Both the position numbers and the translations under genes were made by a program. The notes under the pieces are model-generated. The model was given only the letters and a program-made list of their open reading frames with translations, was not told where the DNA came from and did no database searches. From Candidatus Poriferisodalis sp. (GTDB lineage: Bacteria; Actinomycetota; Acidimicrobiia; Acidimicrobiales; Poriferisodalaceae), in assembly GCF_965208485.1 (NCBI RefSeq), contig NZ_OZ242344.1, positions 648,067-712,066 on the forward strand: a DNA stretch of 64,000 nucleotides, read 5' to 3'. Shown here in pieces: positions 9,421 to 19,039 of the stretch (its first letter is position 1; each line of letters opens with the position of its first letter).

Positions 9421-10521
9421 ATGGAATTGGGACTGTTCACCATGCCGAGCCACCCGCCCGAGCGCGACCTGCGCGAAGGCTGGGAGTGGGACCTGCAGGT
9501 CATCGAATGGGCTGATGAGTACGGATTCGCCGAGGCGTGGATCGGTGAGCACCATGCCGCTAAGTGGGAGCCTCATCCTGCGCCTGACCTGCTGACGCTG
9601 GAGGCGCTGCGGCGCACGGAGAACATCCGCATCGGCCCCGGCGGTTTCCTGATGCCTTACTACCATCCTGCTGAGCTGGCCAACCGCATCTCGCTTCTGG
9701 ACCACATCTCAGAGGGCCGGCTGAACTTCGGGGTTGCTGCCAGCGGTCTGCCCAGCGACTGGGAGATGTTCGGCGTGGACGGCATGGCCGGCGAGAACCG
9801 AGAGATGACCCAGGAGTCGGTCGAGTTCATCCTGAACCTCTGGACCCAAGAGCCCGGCTGGACCCACGAGGGCAAGCACTGGAAGGGCTCGGTGCCCCAC
9901 GGCATGCCCGATCTGGACCTCGTGCAGCATCTCAAGCCGTTGCAGCAGCCGCACCCGCCGATTGCCGTGGCCGGGCTGAACTCGCCGTCCCCGACGCTGG
10001 AGATGGCGGGCGAGAAGGGCTGGATCCCGCTCAGCCTGAACCTCAACCCGCAATATGTGAGCGGACACTGGGATTCCTACGAAGCCGGCGCACGGCGCGC
10101 CGGGCGGGAGATCAGCCGCAGCGACTGGCGCATGGTGCGCGAAGTCTTCGTGGCGCCCACCGACGAGGAGGCTTGGGAGCACTCCTACGGCGGGATGATG
10201 GGCCGGATGATGACCGAGTACTTCATTCCGCTGCTCGGCGCGTTCGATTTCCACCAGTTCCTCATCGACGAGCGCAACCCGCCCGCCGACGGCGTAGTCA
10301 CCGTCGACTACTGCGCCCGCAACAACTGGCTCGTGGGCTCACCCGAGACCGTGGCAGCGTCAATCGAGAAGATCCACGCGGATGTCGGCGGCTTCGGTCA
10401 CCTGCTGCTGTTCTGCTTCGACTACTCCGAGACGCCCGAAAGCGCCGAATCATGGCGACGCTCGATGGAGCTGCTCGCCCACGACGTCATGCCGCGCGTG
10501 GCGCACCTCACCGGGGACTGA
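9421..10521 (+). CDS. LLM-class flavin-dependent oxidoreductase/monooxygenase
   Basis: 366-aa ORF: MELGLFTMPSHPP...AWIGEHH...RLNFGVAASG... Confidence 0.85.
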   Translation: MELGLFTMPSHPPERDLREGWEWDLQVIEWADEYGFAEAWIGEHHAAKWEPHPAPDLLTLEALRRTENIRIGPGGFLMPYYHPAELANRISLLDHISEGRLNFGVAASGLPSDWEMFGVDGMAGENREMTQESVEFILNLWTQEPGWTHEGKHWKGSVPHGMPDLDLVQHLKPLQQPHPPIAVAGLNSPSPTLEMAGEKGWIPLSLNLNPQYVSGHWDSYEAGARRAGREISRSDWRMVREVFVAPTDEEAWEHSYGGMMGRMMTEYFIPLLGAFDFHQFLIDERNPPADGVVTVDYCARNNWLVGSPETVAASIEKIHADVGGFGHLLLFCFDYSETPESAESWRRSMELLAHDVMPRVAHLTGD

Positions 10522-10591
10522 ACCCGCGCGAACCCTGAGTCCAGCCTCGGCCCGCCGAGTCCGGCGACTGGGGCGAATACAGTTGCGCGCC

Positions 10592-11791
10592 ATGGTGTCG
10601 GCACCGCGAGCAGCAACCTCACCGGCACTTCGGACCGTGCGAGCTCAGGCCGAAGTGCTGGTCGAACTCGCCCGACACCGCATCTCCCAGTACTCCGGTA
10701 TCGGCGCGCGACGCGCAGCGCGACGGCCGCCGATCTGGCCTCCGGCCCCCGAACTTCCCAAGGGCGACCCCCGTCTCGGACTGCGGGACCGCTGGTACCT
10801 GCTGGGCGTGGCCGACCTCGTGGGCGCCCAGCCAGTGCCCACACGCCTCCTCGGCGAGGACTTGGTGGCGTGGCGCGATGGCGACGGCGCAGTGCGATTG
10901 ATGGCAGATCTGTGTCCGCACCGGGGCGCAAGGCTGTCAGTCGGCGATGTCGTGGGCGGACAGTTGCAGTGCGCGTACCACCACTGGCGATTCGACGGCG
11001 AGGGCCAGTGCACATCGGTGCCGTCCCAAGGCGGCGCCTGCTCGCTGGCCGAGCGCACCCGCATCAGCGTGAGCTATCCCGTCAGCGAGCAAGCCGGCTA
11101 TCTCTGGGCGTGGATCGGCGAGAGCCTGCCTGAGCCGCTCAAGCTTCCGGCTGAGTTCACTGGCGAGCAGTACTCGACCTTCCCCGAGACCGTGGAATGG
11201 GGCGCCAACTGGATGCTCGGGCTGGAAAACCTCGTGGACCTGATGCATGCGCCGTTTCTGCACGCGCGCTCGATCACGCTGAACGAGGGCGTCACGCACG
11301 ACCGGGTCGTCGTCGACGATCACGACGACGGGTTCGAGGTACGCCGCCGCGACCAAGCCGGCACCAACTTCGACTGGATCGACGTCCACACCGGGGCGCT
11401 GAGCTACGTGCGTTTGGACATCCCGCTGCCGCCCAGTGCCGGGCCGGGTCCGCCGCTGCGGATCCTGGGATTCCTGACACCGCGTGACAATGCCGCCACG
11501 CTGGTGCACTTCCCCCGTTTCCGTGCGGTGTCCGGCCGCGAGCGCCGAATCTGGCGGACGCTCTACCGGCTGCGCCTGCGCGGCACGCACCTGCACGTCC
11601 TGAATCAAGACAAGGAGATGCTCGAAGGCCTGCGCACCGTCGAGGAAGCCCGCCGCGACGAGCATCTGGCGCAGGCCGATCGCCCTGTGGTGCACTTGCG
11701 TCGCGCGCTCGAAGGCGACTTCGAGGCGCAGCGGCAGCGTTTCGGACTGGCAGCCCAGCCCGAGCCGGTGCAGCTGCTCGCCGCTGACTGA
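10592..11791 (+). CDS. Rieske [2Fe-2S] aromatic-ring-hydroxylating oxygenase (alpha-subunit/KshA-like)
   Basis: Rieske motif CPHRGARLSVGD...CAYHHWRFDGEGQC. Start uncertain: in-frame ATG at 10592 or GTG at 10655. The track extension back to 10382 overlaps the previous gene and is rejected. Confidence 0.85.
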   Translation: MVSAPRAATSPALRTVRAQAEVLVELARHRISQYSGIGARRAARRPPIWPPAPELPKGDPRLGLRDRWYLLGVADLVGAQPVPTRLLGEDLVAWRDGDGAVRLMADLCPHRGARLSVGDVVGGQLQCAYHHWRFDGEGQCTSVPSQGGACSLAERTRISVSYPVSEQAGYLWAWIGESLPEPLKLPAEFTGEQYSTFPETVEWGANWMLGLENLVDLMHAPFLHARSITLNEGVTHDRVVVDDHDDGFEVRRRDQAGTNFDWIDVHTGALSYVRLDIPLPPSAGPGPPLRILGFLTPRDNAATLVHFPRFRAVSGRERRIWRTLYRLRLRGTHLHVLNQDKEMLEGLRTVEEARRDEHLAQADRPVVHLRRALEGDFEAQRQRFGLAAQPEPVQLLAAD

Positions 11792-11871
11792 TTGCCCTGC
11801 GACCCGTCGAACAGCCCAACCGCCGCTCCGCCTCTTCACTCTCCGCCGTACTCGACCACAGGACGACACCG

Positions 11872-12405
11872 ATGAGCCAGACCGCCGCCCCATCCGAGAC
11901 ACCCAGCGCAGCACCAGCAGCCGACCTCGAGGAACGCATCGACTCGATGTGCGCCACAGCAGACAGCCGGCGTGAGGATTGGGACACGCTGGCGTTCCAG
12001 ACCAAGGCCGGTCCGCAGTATCGCCGCGCCCAGATCCGCTACATCGGCTCGGGCGGCACCGGCAATCACGAGGGTGACGAGCGGGCGCTGGCCGCCGAGC
12101 ACTTCACGTTCTCGAACATGCTGCTGCCGCCCGGTGCCGAGGGCCCCGAGCACACCCACCACGACGTCGAGGAGGCGTTCTTCGTGCTCGAGGGCGAACT
12201 CGAGGTCACCATCCACGACGGCGACGAAGCGGCCAGCCGGCTGCTCGGCTACCGCGACCTCATCAAGGTGCCCGCCGGCACCGCCCGCTCGATCCGAAAT
12301 GTCGGCGACACTGACGCCCTGTTCGTGGTGATGCTGGGCGCATCGAAGCCCCAGCTCCCCACCTATCCCCCACACTCCCCCATGGCGAGGATCACGCGGG
12401 ACTGA
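11872..12405 (+). CDS. Cupin-domain protein
   Basis: PGAEGPEHTHHDVEEAFFVLEGELEV...KVPAGTARSIRNVGD matches the two cupin motifs. Confidence 0.75.
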   Translation: MSQTAAPSETPSAAPAADLEERIDSMCATADSRREDWDTLAFQTKAGPQYRRAQIRYIGSGGTGNHEGDERALAAEHFTFSNMLLPPGAEGPEHTHHDVEEAFFVLEGELEVTIHDGDEAASRLLGYRDLIKVPAGTARSIRNVGDTDALFVVMLGASKPQLPTYPPHSPMARITRD

Positions 12406-12444
12406 GCCGGCCGCACGACCGGCCCGAAGTCAAACGGCACAGAC

Positions 12445-13194
12445 ATGAGCCTGCACGATCGCCGCGTCGTGGTCACCGGCGCCGGGCGCGGGCTCGGAGA
12501 GGCCATGGCGCATGCGATCGCCGCGGGCGGGGGCCACGTCGTGATCGCCGAGCTCCGGCCCGAGCGGGCCGATCGCGTCGTCAATGAGATTCGTGCGGCA
12601 GGCGGTTCGGCGGAGTCGCACACGGTCGACGTGAGCGACCACGCCTCGGTGAACGAGTTCGCCGATCGTCTCGACGGCGGCGGACCCATCTGGGGTCTCG
12701 TCAACAACGCCGGCCTCGCCGACGCCGTGGGCGGCAAGGCGTTCTGGGAGATCACGCCCGACGAGTGGGACCGCGTCCAGGCCACCAACGCCCGCGGTCC
12801 GTGGCTGGTGAGCCGGGAGCTCGTCGCGCAAATGATGGCCGTCGGCGAAGGCCGGATCGTCAATATCGCCTCGGATGCGGCGCTGTATGGCTCCCCCCGG
12901 CTCGCTCACTACATCGCCTCGAAGGGTGCATTGATTGCCCTGACCCGGGCGATGGCGCGCGAACTGGGTGATCACGGCATCACCGTCAACGCAGTGGCGC
13001 CCGGGCTCACCGAGGGACCCTCTGCGGAACAGATCCCTTCGGAGCGCCATGAGCTCTATGCCGCCAATCGGGCCATCAGCCGACCGCAGCAGCCAGCCGA
13101 CATCACGGGTGCCGTCACGTTCCTGCTGTCGGACGAGGCTGGCTACATCACCGGGCAGACCATCGTGGTGGACGGCGGCTTCGTGATGCCATGA
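12445..13194 (+). CDS. SDR-family oxidoreductase
   Basis: TGAGRGLG glycine motif, NNAG, and YxxxK (YIASKGAL). Confidence 0.9.
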   Translation: MSLHDRRVVVTGAGRGLGEAMAHAIAAGGGHVVIAELRPERADRVVNEIRAAGGSAESHTVDVSDHASVNEFADRLDGGGPIWGLVNNAGLADAVGGKAFWEITPDEWDRVQATNARGPWLVSRELVAQMMAVGEGRIVNIASDAALYGSPRLAHYIASKGALIALTRAMARELGDHGITVNAVAPGLTEGPSAEQIPSERHELYAANRAISRPQQPADITGAVTFLLSDEAGYITGQTIVVDGGFVMP

Positions 13195-13246
13195 CGGTTC
13201 TGAAATGACGACCTTGCCATGACCGTGCTGCCATGATCGGGCTGCC

Positions 13247-15034
13247 ATGACGGCGAACGGCCCTTCCAGTCAGGGCCGAAACGGCGGCGACCTGCTGGTG
13301 GAGGTGCTGTCGGACTTGGGGACAGACGCTGCCTTCGGCGTCGTCAGCGTTCACAATCTGCCGCTGGTCGATGCCCTCGCGCACCGGCTGCGCTGGGTGC
13401 CGACCCGCAGCGAGGCCGCGGCGGTCAACGCCGCCGACGGCTATGCGCGGGTTCGCCGCACCCCCGGCTGTGCAGTGACCTCCACAGGCACTGGCGCCGC
13501 CAACGCGGCCGGCGCGCTGGTGGAAGCTCTGACCGCCGGTTCGCCGGTGCTGCATGTGACCAGCCAGATCCCCAGCGAGTACCTCGGCAAGGGTCGGGGA
13601 GTCATCCACGAAACCCGCGACCAGCTTGCGCTGCTCACCTCGTGTTCGGTCTGGGCAACAACAGTGGGTGCTGACCCGGCCGCCGATTTTGCCGATGCCA
13701 AGTGGCGTCTTGGCCAGCACCCGCGCGGCCCGGTCAGCCTCGAATGGCCCATCGACCTGCAGTACCAAGAGCCGGCCCCGTTCGCGTCCGGCGATGGCGG
13801 CGCTGCGCCACGCGCCACTGGTTCACTCAGAGTGGACGAACCCAAGGTCACAGCGCCTGAGCCGGCTGCCGCCGGCAGCTTGGGTGACACCGCCGATGGT
13901 GTGCCCGAACCCGACGATGACGTATTGGACCGGGCTGCCATGCTCATCGCATCTGCGCAGCGGCCGCTGGTGTGGGCAGGCGGCGGGGCCGTCGGCGCTG
14001 GCAGGCAGATCGATGATCTCTTGCGCTCAACGGGTGCGGGCATGTTCACCTCCAACGCCGGGCGTGGCGTAGTGCCTGAATCCGACGACCGGGTCATCGG
14101 CAACTTCGCCGCTTCGCCTGCCGGCGCCGAGCTGCTGTCGCAGGCCGATCTGCTGATTTCGATCGGCACGCACTTCCGATCCAACGAGACCCACAGCTAC
14201 CGGCTGGCGATGCCGCAAAGACACATCCAGATCGACGTGGACCCGGCAGCCATCGGCCGGGTCTATCCGGCCGAGATCGGGATCGTGGGCGATGCCGCGG
14301 CCGTCTTGGACGCCCTGGTCGATCAGCTCAGCGGAAGAGACGGCGAACGACACCGCACGCGACACGGAGACAGTGCATCAGGCGGCGATCCCGATTGGAG
14401 CGAAGCCGTCGCCGCTGCACGCGAGCAATGTCGTGCTCAGTCGCGCCGCGACATCGGTCCTTATGCGTCCATCTGCGACATCATGGCGAACGTGCTCGGT
14501 CCACATGCGCCCCGTGTGCGCGACATCACCATTCCGAACAGCTCTTGGGGTAACCGGCTGCTGCCTGTGACGGACCCGACCACCAACGTTGTCCCCCGAG
14601 GCGGCGGCATCGGACAGGCTGTCGGCATGGCAATTGGGGCTGCCGTGGCCAGACCGGTCGAGCCCACGATGGTGATGGTCGGCGACGGCGGCATCGCTCC
14701 CCAGCTCGGCGAACTGGCCACGCTGGCACAGGAAGAGCTGCCGGTCACACTGGTTGTCTTCGACGACGGCGGCTACGGGGTGCTTCGCAACACGCAGGAT
14801 CGCCATGTGGGCCGCCGCTCAGGTGTCAACCTGTACACGCCGGACTTCGCTGCGACGGCGGCGGCGTTCGACATCGGCTACCGCGATGTGTCGACAACTG
14901 ACGAATTCGCCGCAGCGTTCGAGGCTGCGACGGCCAGCGGGAACCCACAGATGATCCGGGTGGACTGCGACAAACTCGGCCCCATGCCGGTGCCGTTCAT
15001 CCCGCCCGTCGAAGTGCCCCAGGCGGACCGATGA
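13247..15034 (+). CDS. Thiamine-diphosphate-dependent enzyme (acetolactate-synthase-like fold)
   Basis: 595 aa. N-terminal PYR domain (GVVSVHNLPLVDAL...SEAAAVNAADGYAR) and C-terminal ThDP motif GDGG...(LVVFDDGGYG). Confidence 0.85.
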   Translation: MTANGPSSQGRNGGDLLVEVLSDLGTDAAFGVVSVHNLPLVDALAHRLRWVPTRSEAAAVNAADGYARVRRTPGCAVTSTGTGAANAAGALVEALTAGSPVLHVTSQIPSEYLGKGRGVIHETRDQLALLTSCSVWATTVGADPAADFADAKWRLGQHPRGPVSLEWPIDLQYQEPAPFASGDGGAAPRATGSLRVDEPKVTAPEPAAAGSLGDTADGVPEPDDDVLDRAAMLIASAQRPLVWAGGGAVGAGRQIDDLLRSTGAGMFTSNAGRGVVPESDDRVIGNFAASPAGAELLSQADLLISIGTHFRSNETHSYRLAMPQRHIQIDVDPAAIGRVYPAEIGIVGDAAAVLDALVDQLSGRDGERHRTRHGDSASGGDPDWSEAVAAAREQCRAQSRRDIGPYASICDIMANVLGPHAPRVRDITIPNSSWGNRLLPVTDPTTNVVPRGGGIGQAVGMAIGAAVARPVEPTMVMVGDGGIAPQLGELATLAQEELPVTLVVFDDGGYGVLRNTQDRHVGRRSGVNLYTPDFAATAAAFDIGYRDVSTTDEFAAAFEAATASGNPQMIRVDCDKLGPMPVPFIPPVEVPQADR

Positions 15035-15131
15035 CGACTCCCCCAGCCAGCTCCCACGTCCAGCCGACCGCGAGGCGCCCGAACCGCACGCCCACGGCAC
15101 CGCGGACGGCCTCAGCTTCGAGACCGCTGCG

Positions 15132-16652
15132 ATGAGCGCTGGGCCAGAACCCGCACCGGCTCGACTGGCGAGCGGGCTGATTTCGCGCAGCCACCTCGGC
15201 ATCGAGCCGTTCGAGATGCGCCGGCCGGACTCGCTGGCAGATGCCGCCGCCGCGGTTGCGGACGGCTCGTGGGCGCACGCCGGCGGTATCGACGTCGCCC
15301 AGCGCCTGCGGGCCGGGCAAGCCGCCGACGAACTCGTGCCGCTGTGCCGCCCACCGACATCCGCCGGGACCGGGCTTGAGATGCTGGGAGAGATCTCGCT
15401 CGGCGACGGGTGCTTGTTCATCGGCGCAGCCGTCACCCATGCCCGCATCGAGTCGGACCCGCTGGTGCAGGCGCATCGACCCGACGTGGCAGCCACGTGG
15501 CGGACGATCGGCAACGTCAGGATCCGAGCTGCCGGCACGCTCGGCGGCAACCTGGCGGCGTTCCATCCCGGCTACGACGCCGCACCGATCCTGGCGGCTG
15601 CCGAGGCGACAGTCGTCGTCGCCGAACCCGACGGCACGCTGGATCGCTGCAGCGTTGCCGACCTGCCGCAGCACCGGCTGATCGTCGGCTGCGAGGTGCC
15701 GCTGTCGGGACAGGTCGTCTTTGACCGTTCGCTGAAGCCCGTCGTCTCGGTGGCCGTCGGGGATCAGGCTGTCGCCATCGGCTGCGCCTACGCGTACACC
15801 GTGGTGATTCCGCACGGCGCTACCAGGACTGAAGACGTCGCCGCCGCGCTCGCCGCGCTGGCCGACCCTATCAACGACGCATTCGCCACTGCGGCTTACC
15901 GGCGCCGGATGATCGGCGTGCTCGTGGATCGGTGCCTGCGAGCACACGCTGAGCCACCTGTGCTTGCACGAGATGACCGCATGGGCGTGCCTGCGACCCG
16001 GCCTGCGTCGACGCAAGAAGTCGCGCCGCCAGACGCCCGCTCACTGGAGGCAGCACCGCCCGCACGCTCGCAAGACGTCCAGTCGCCGGATGACGTCTCG
16101 CGAGACGGCGCCGGAAGCACGACCCATGTCGAGATGCACCTGAACGGCGAGCCATTTGCCGTCGCGGCGCCGCCCTCGGAGATGCTGGTGGACACCATCC
16201 GCACTCGGGCCGGACTCGACGGCACCCGTGTTGGCTGTGACCAAGCCGTCTGCGGCACCTGCACGGTGCTGGTCGACGACATGCCGGCCGCATCGTGCTC
16301 CACATTCACTTGGCAAGCCGACGACACCGAGGTGCTCACGATCGAATCCGCCAGCGACCCCGACAGCGCCAACGCGCGGGGCGACGTGGCATCGATCCTG
16401 CCCGCGGTGCAGGGCGCCTTCGCCAAGAGCAGCGCATTCCAGTGCGGCTACTGCACACCCGGGCTGATCTTGGTGGCCGCTGCCCTGCTCGCCCGTCATC
16501 GCGATCCCGACCGGGCCACCATCTGCGATTGGCTGGACTCGAACGTCTGCCGCTGCACCGGCTACCTGATGGTGATCGAAGCGGTCGAGGCCGCCGCGGC
16601 GGCACTGGCAGGGCACGCTTCTGCGGACAGCTCCTCAGGAAGCGCGGCATGA
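15132..16652 (+). CDS. Molybdenum-hydroxylase accessory subunit: FAD-binding (CoxM-like) fused to [2Fe-2S] (CoxS-like)
   Basis: N-terminal FAD-binding-5-like region (AGGIDVAQRLRAG...AGTLGGNL). C-terminal part has GCDQAVCGTCTVLVD and FQCGYCTPGLI...CRCTGY. Confidence 0.85.
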   Translation: MSAGPEPAPARLASGLISRSHLGIEPFEMRRPDSLADAAAAVADGSWAHAGGIDVAQRLRAGQAADELVPLCRPPTSAGTGLEMLGEISLGDGCLFIGAAVTHARIESDPLVQAHRPDVAATWRTIGNVRIRAAGTLGGNLAAFHPGYDAAPILAAAEATVVVAEPDGTLDRCSVADLPQHRLIVGCEVPLSGQVVFDRSLKPVVSVAVGDQAVAIGCAYAYTVVIPHGATRTEDVAAALAALADPINDAFATAAYRRRMIGVLVDRCLRAHAEPPVLARDDRMGVPATRPASTQEVAPPDARSLEAAPPARSQDVQSPDDVSRDGAGSTTHVEMHLNGEPFAVAAPPSEMLVDTIRTRAGLDGTRVGCDQAVCGTCTVLVDDMPAASCSTFTWQADDTEVLTIESASDPDSANARGDVASILPAVQGAFAKSSAFQCGYCTPGLILVAAALLARHRDPDRATICDWLDSNVCRCTGYLMVIEAVEAAAAALAGHASADSSSGSAA

Positions 16653-19039
16653 CCCGCTCTGATGCTGCCCTGAAGGTCTCCGGTACAGCGCCCTATGCGG
16701 TCGATGTCTCGCTCGGCGGGATGCTGCACGCCAAGGTGCTGCACTCGCCGCATGCCCATGCACTGGTCACGAGGATCGACACCACCGACGCAGAAGCAGC
16801 CCCCGGCGTGCGAGCCGTGCTCACCCGTCGCGACCTGCTGGACGCAGATGCGTGCGAGCGCTGGGCCAGCCAGGACACCCGCTTGCACATGCCCCAGCGG
16901 CCCCTGGTGGCCTCGCACAGCTACGGCTACTTCATCAAGGATCAGCCGATTTTGGCCCTGGACCGGGTGCGCTGCATCGGCGATCCGGTGGCGGCCATCG
17001 CGGCTGTCACCGAGCTGGATGCGGCCCGGGCGCTGTCGCTGGTGAAAGTCGACTACGAGCAGCTGCCCGCCGTGACCGACTTCGACGAAGCATTGGCCCC
17101 CGGCGCACCCGAGCTCTTCGGTGACGCACCGCTCGCCATGACGCCGAAGTACGGCCAGGGCGCGAGCGGCGGCGCCCGGCCGCGGCCGAACGTCTGCTAC
17201 CGCTTCGGCTACGAGACCGGCGACCCTGCCGAGTTCGACCGCTGCGATCACGTCTTCACCGATGTGTTCAATTTCGACGGCCGCCAGCAGCACCTGCACT
17301 TGGAGCCGTTCGTGGCGGTAGCCCGCTGGACCAGCGCTCCATGGTCGGGTGGCGCAGCACCGCAGCACCTCGACAGCAGCGGCCGGCTGGAGCTCTGGTC
17401 GAGCTGCCAAAACCCGTTCCCCGTGCGCAAGGAGATGGCCCGCCTGCTGGGCATCGGCGAGCAGCGGGTGCGCATGCACGTCGGCTACCTCGGCGGCGGC
17501 TTCGGCGCCAAGAACGGCTGCAAGACCGAGCCCATAGCCGCGCTGCTGGCGCTGAAGGCCGGGGCACCGGTGCGTTACTGCCTCACCATGGATGAGGGCT
17601 TCTGGACGATGCGTCAGCACAACGCCCGGCTCACGCTGCGCACCGGCGTCATGGCCGACGGCACGCTCGTGGCCCGCGACGCTGAAGTGCTGCTCGACGG
17701 GGGCGCCTACGCGGACGCCAGCCCGCTCGTGGCGGAGAAGGCCGGCTACCGGGTGGCAGGCCCGTACCGCTGGCGGCACATCCGGTCGGTCACCGACGCC
17801 GTGCTCACCAACACCACGCCGGCCGGTCCGTTCCGGGGCTTCGGCGGCACGCAGGCCAACTTCGCGTGCGAGAGCCAGATCGACATGATCGCTGACCGGC
17901 TCGGCCTCGACCCCGTCGAGCTGCGGCGCCGCAACCTGATCGGGCTGGGCGAGCCCTACGTGCCGGGCGAGTCGGCCATGGACTCGGACCTGGTCGAGGG
18001 TCTGGACCTGGTGGCCGACCGCATCGGCATGAACGAACAGCGCCCACCGGGGAGGGGGCGTGGCGTGGCAGTGGGATTCAAGGACTCCGGAGGCGTGAAC
18101 AAGCCTGCGCAGGCCCGCGTGAAGGTGGCCACCTCGGGCGATGCCTGGGTGCAGTGCGGCACTGTCGAGATGGGCCAGGGCGCCCAGACCGCCCTGCGAG
18201 AGGTTGCAGCGCGGGTGCTCGGCGTGAGCCGCGAGCGAGTCCACTGGTCTGACATCGACACCGACCACACGCCCTTCGACCAGGGCACGAACGCATCGTC
18301 AGCCATTTCGGTCATGGGCCAGGCAGTGCAGAAGGCCGCCGAAGCGGCCCGGCTGCGCGTCCTGCTGTTCGCCGCAACGGCACTGGGCATTCCGCTCGAG
18401 CGCGTCGAGTTCCAGGACGGACTCGTCATCGCGGCTTCCCCGGACGGCTCGGGCGAGCCCGAACGCGTCCCGCTGGCACCGCTGGTGATGGGCTTCTACG
18501 GCGGCACCGGCTACGAGTTCACCGGCGAGGGGTTCTTCAAGGCACCCGGCGAGAGCCGTGCGCCGCTGGAATCCCCGTGTGTGTCATGGGAGTACGGCTG
18601 GGGAGCTGCGGAGGTGTCGGTGGACGCCGAGACCGGCGTGGTGACCGTTCACCGGTTGGTGGTGTCGGGCGATGCGGGCACGGTGCTGCACCCCGGTGCC
18701 TGCCGTGGCCAGGACGAGGGTGCCGCGATCATGGGCCTCGGCGGCGCGCTGTTCGAGACCATGCGCTTCGACGGCGCTGTGCTCGCCAATGGCAGCCTGG
18801 TGGACTACCGGGTGCCGCGGGCCAGCGACCTGCCGGCAGAGTTCGTGTCGATCACCCAACAGCAGGGGCACGGACCGGGTCCGTTCGGCTCCAAGGGCCT
18901 CGGCGAGGGGGCGATGCTGCCCGTCGCTTCGGCCATTGCGAACGCCATCGCCGATGCCACCGGGGTGAGGGTTACCTCGATGCCGTTGACCGGCGAGACC
19001 GTGCTGACTGCGCTCGACGCTGCCCGGGAGCAAGCATGA
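16649..19039 (+). CDS. Xanthine-dehydrogenase-family molybdopterin-binding large subunit (CoxL-like)
   Basis: MTRSDAALKVSGTAPYAVDVSLGGMLHAKVLHSPHAHA..., with GGGFG and later Mo-cofactor blocks. The ATG at 16649 overlaps the upstream stop (ATGA). The track extension to 16295 is rejected. Confidence 0.9.
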   Translation: MTRSDAALKVSGTAPYAVDVSLGGMLHAKVLHSPHAHALVTRIDTTDAEAAPGVRAVLTRRDLLDADACERWASQDTRLHMPQRPLVASHSYGYFIKDQPILALDRVRCIGDPVAAIAAVTELDAARALSLVKVDYEQLPAVTDFDEALAPGAPELFGDAPLAMTPKYGQGASGGARPRPNVCYRFGYETGDPAEFDRCDHVFTDVFNFDGRQQHLHLEPFVAVARWTSAPWSGGAAPQHLDSSGRLELWSSCQNPFPVRKEMARLLGIGEQRVRMHVGYLGGGFGAKNGCKTEPIAALLALKAGAPVRYCLTMDEGFWTMRQHNARLTLRTGVMADGTLVARDAEVLLDGGAYADASPLVAEKAGYRVAGPYRWRHIRSVTDAVLTNTTPAGPFRGFGGTQANFACESQIDMIADRLGLDPVELRRRNLIGLGEPYVPGESAMDSDLVEGLDLVADRIGMNEQRPPGRGRGVAVGFKDSGGVNKPAQARVKVATSGDAWVQCGTVEMGQGAQTALREVAARVLGVSRERVHWSDIDTDHTPFDQGTNASSAISVMGQAVQKAAEAARLRVLLFAATALGIPLERVEFQDGLVIAASPDGSGEPERVPLAPLVMGFYGGTGYEFTGEGFFKAPGESRAPLESPCVSWEYGWGAAEVSVDAETGVVTVHRLVVSGDAGTVLHPGACRGQDEGAAIMGLGGALFETMRFDGAVLANGSLVDYRVPRASDLPAEFVSITQQQGHGPGPFGSKGLGEGAMLPVASAIANAIADATGVRVTSMPLTGETVLTALDAAREQA

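Noticed and set aside
8482-9705. 407-aa minus-strand ORF spanning the HNH 3' region through to the LLM gene start
   Set aside because: Arg/Pro/Ser-rich and low-complexity, with no motifs. It overlaps a more plausible lipoprotein ORF and the start of a well-supported gene. This is a typical antisense or out-of-frame ORF in high-GC DNA.
10382-10591. N-terminal extensions in the ORF track (10382, 16295, 18577, 26056, 30542, 22970-23227, 26178-26510, 48200-48358, 49281-49625, 52745-52948, 56734-56946)
   Set aside because: The extensions overlap the preceding genes or are Arg-rich with no family similarity. Internal starts give canonical N-termini, often with 4-bp start/stop overlaps.
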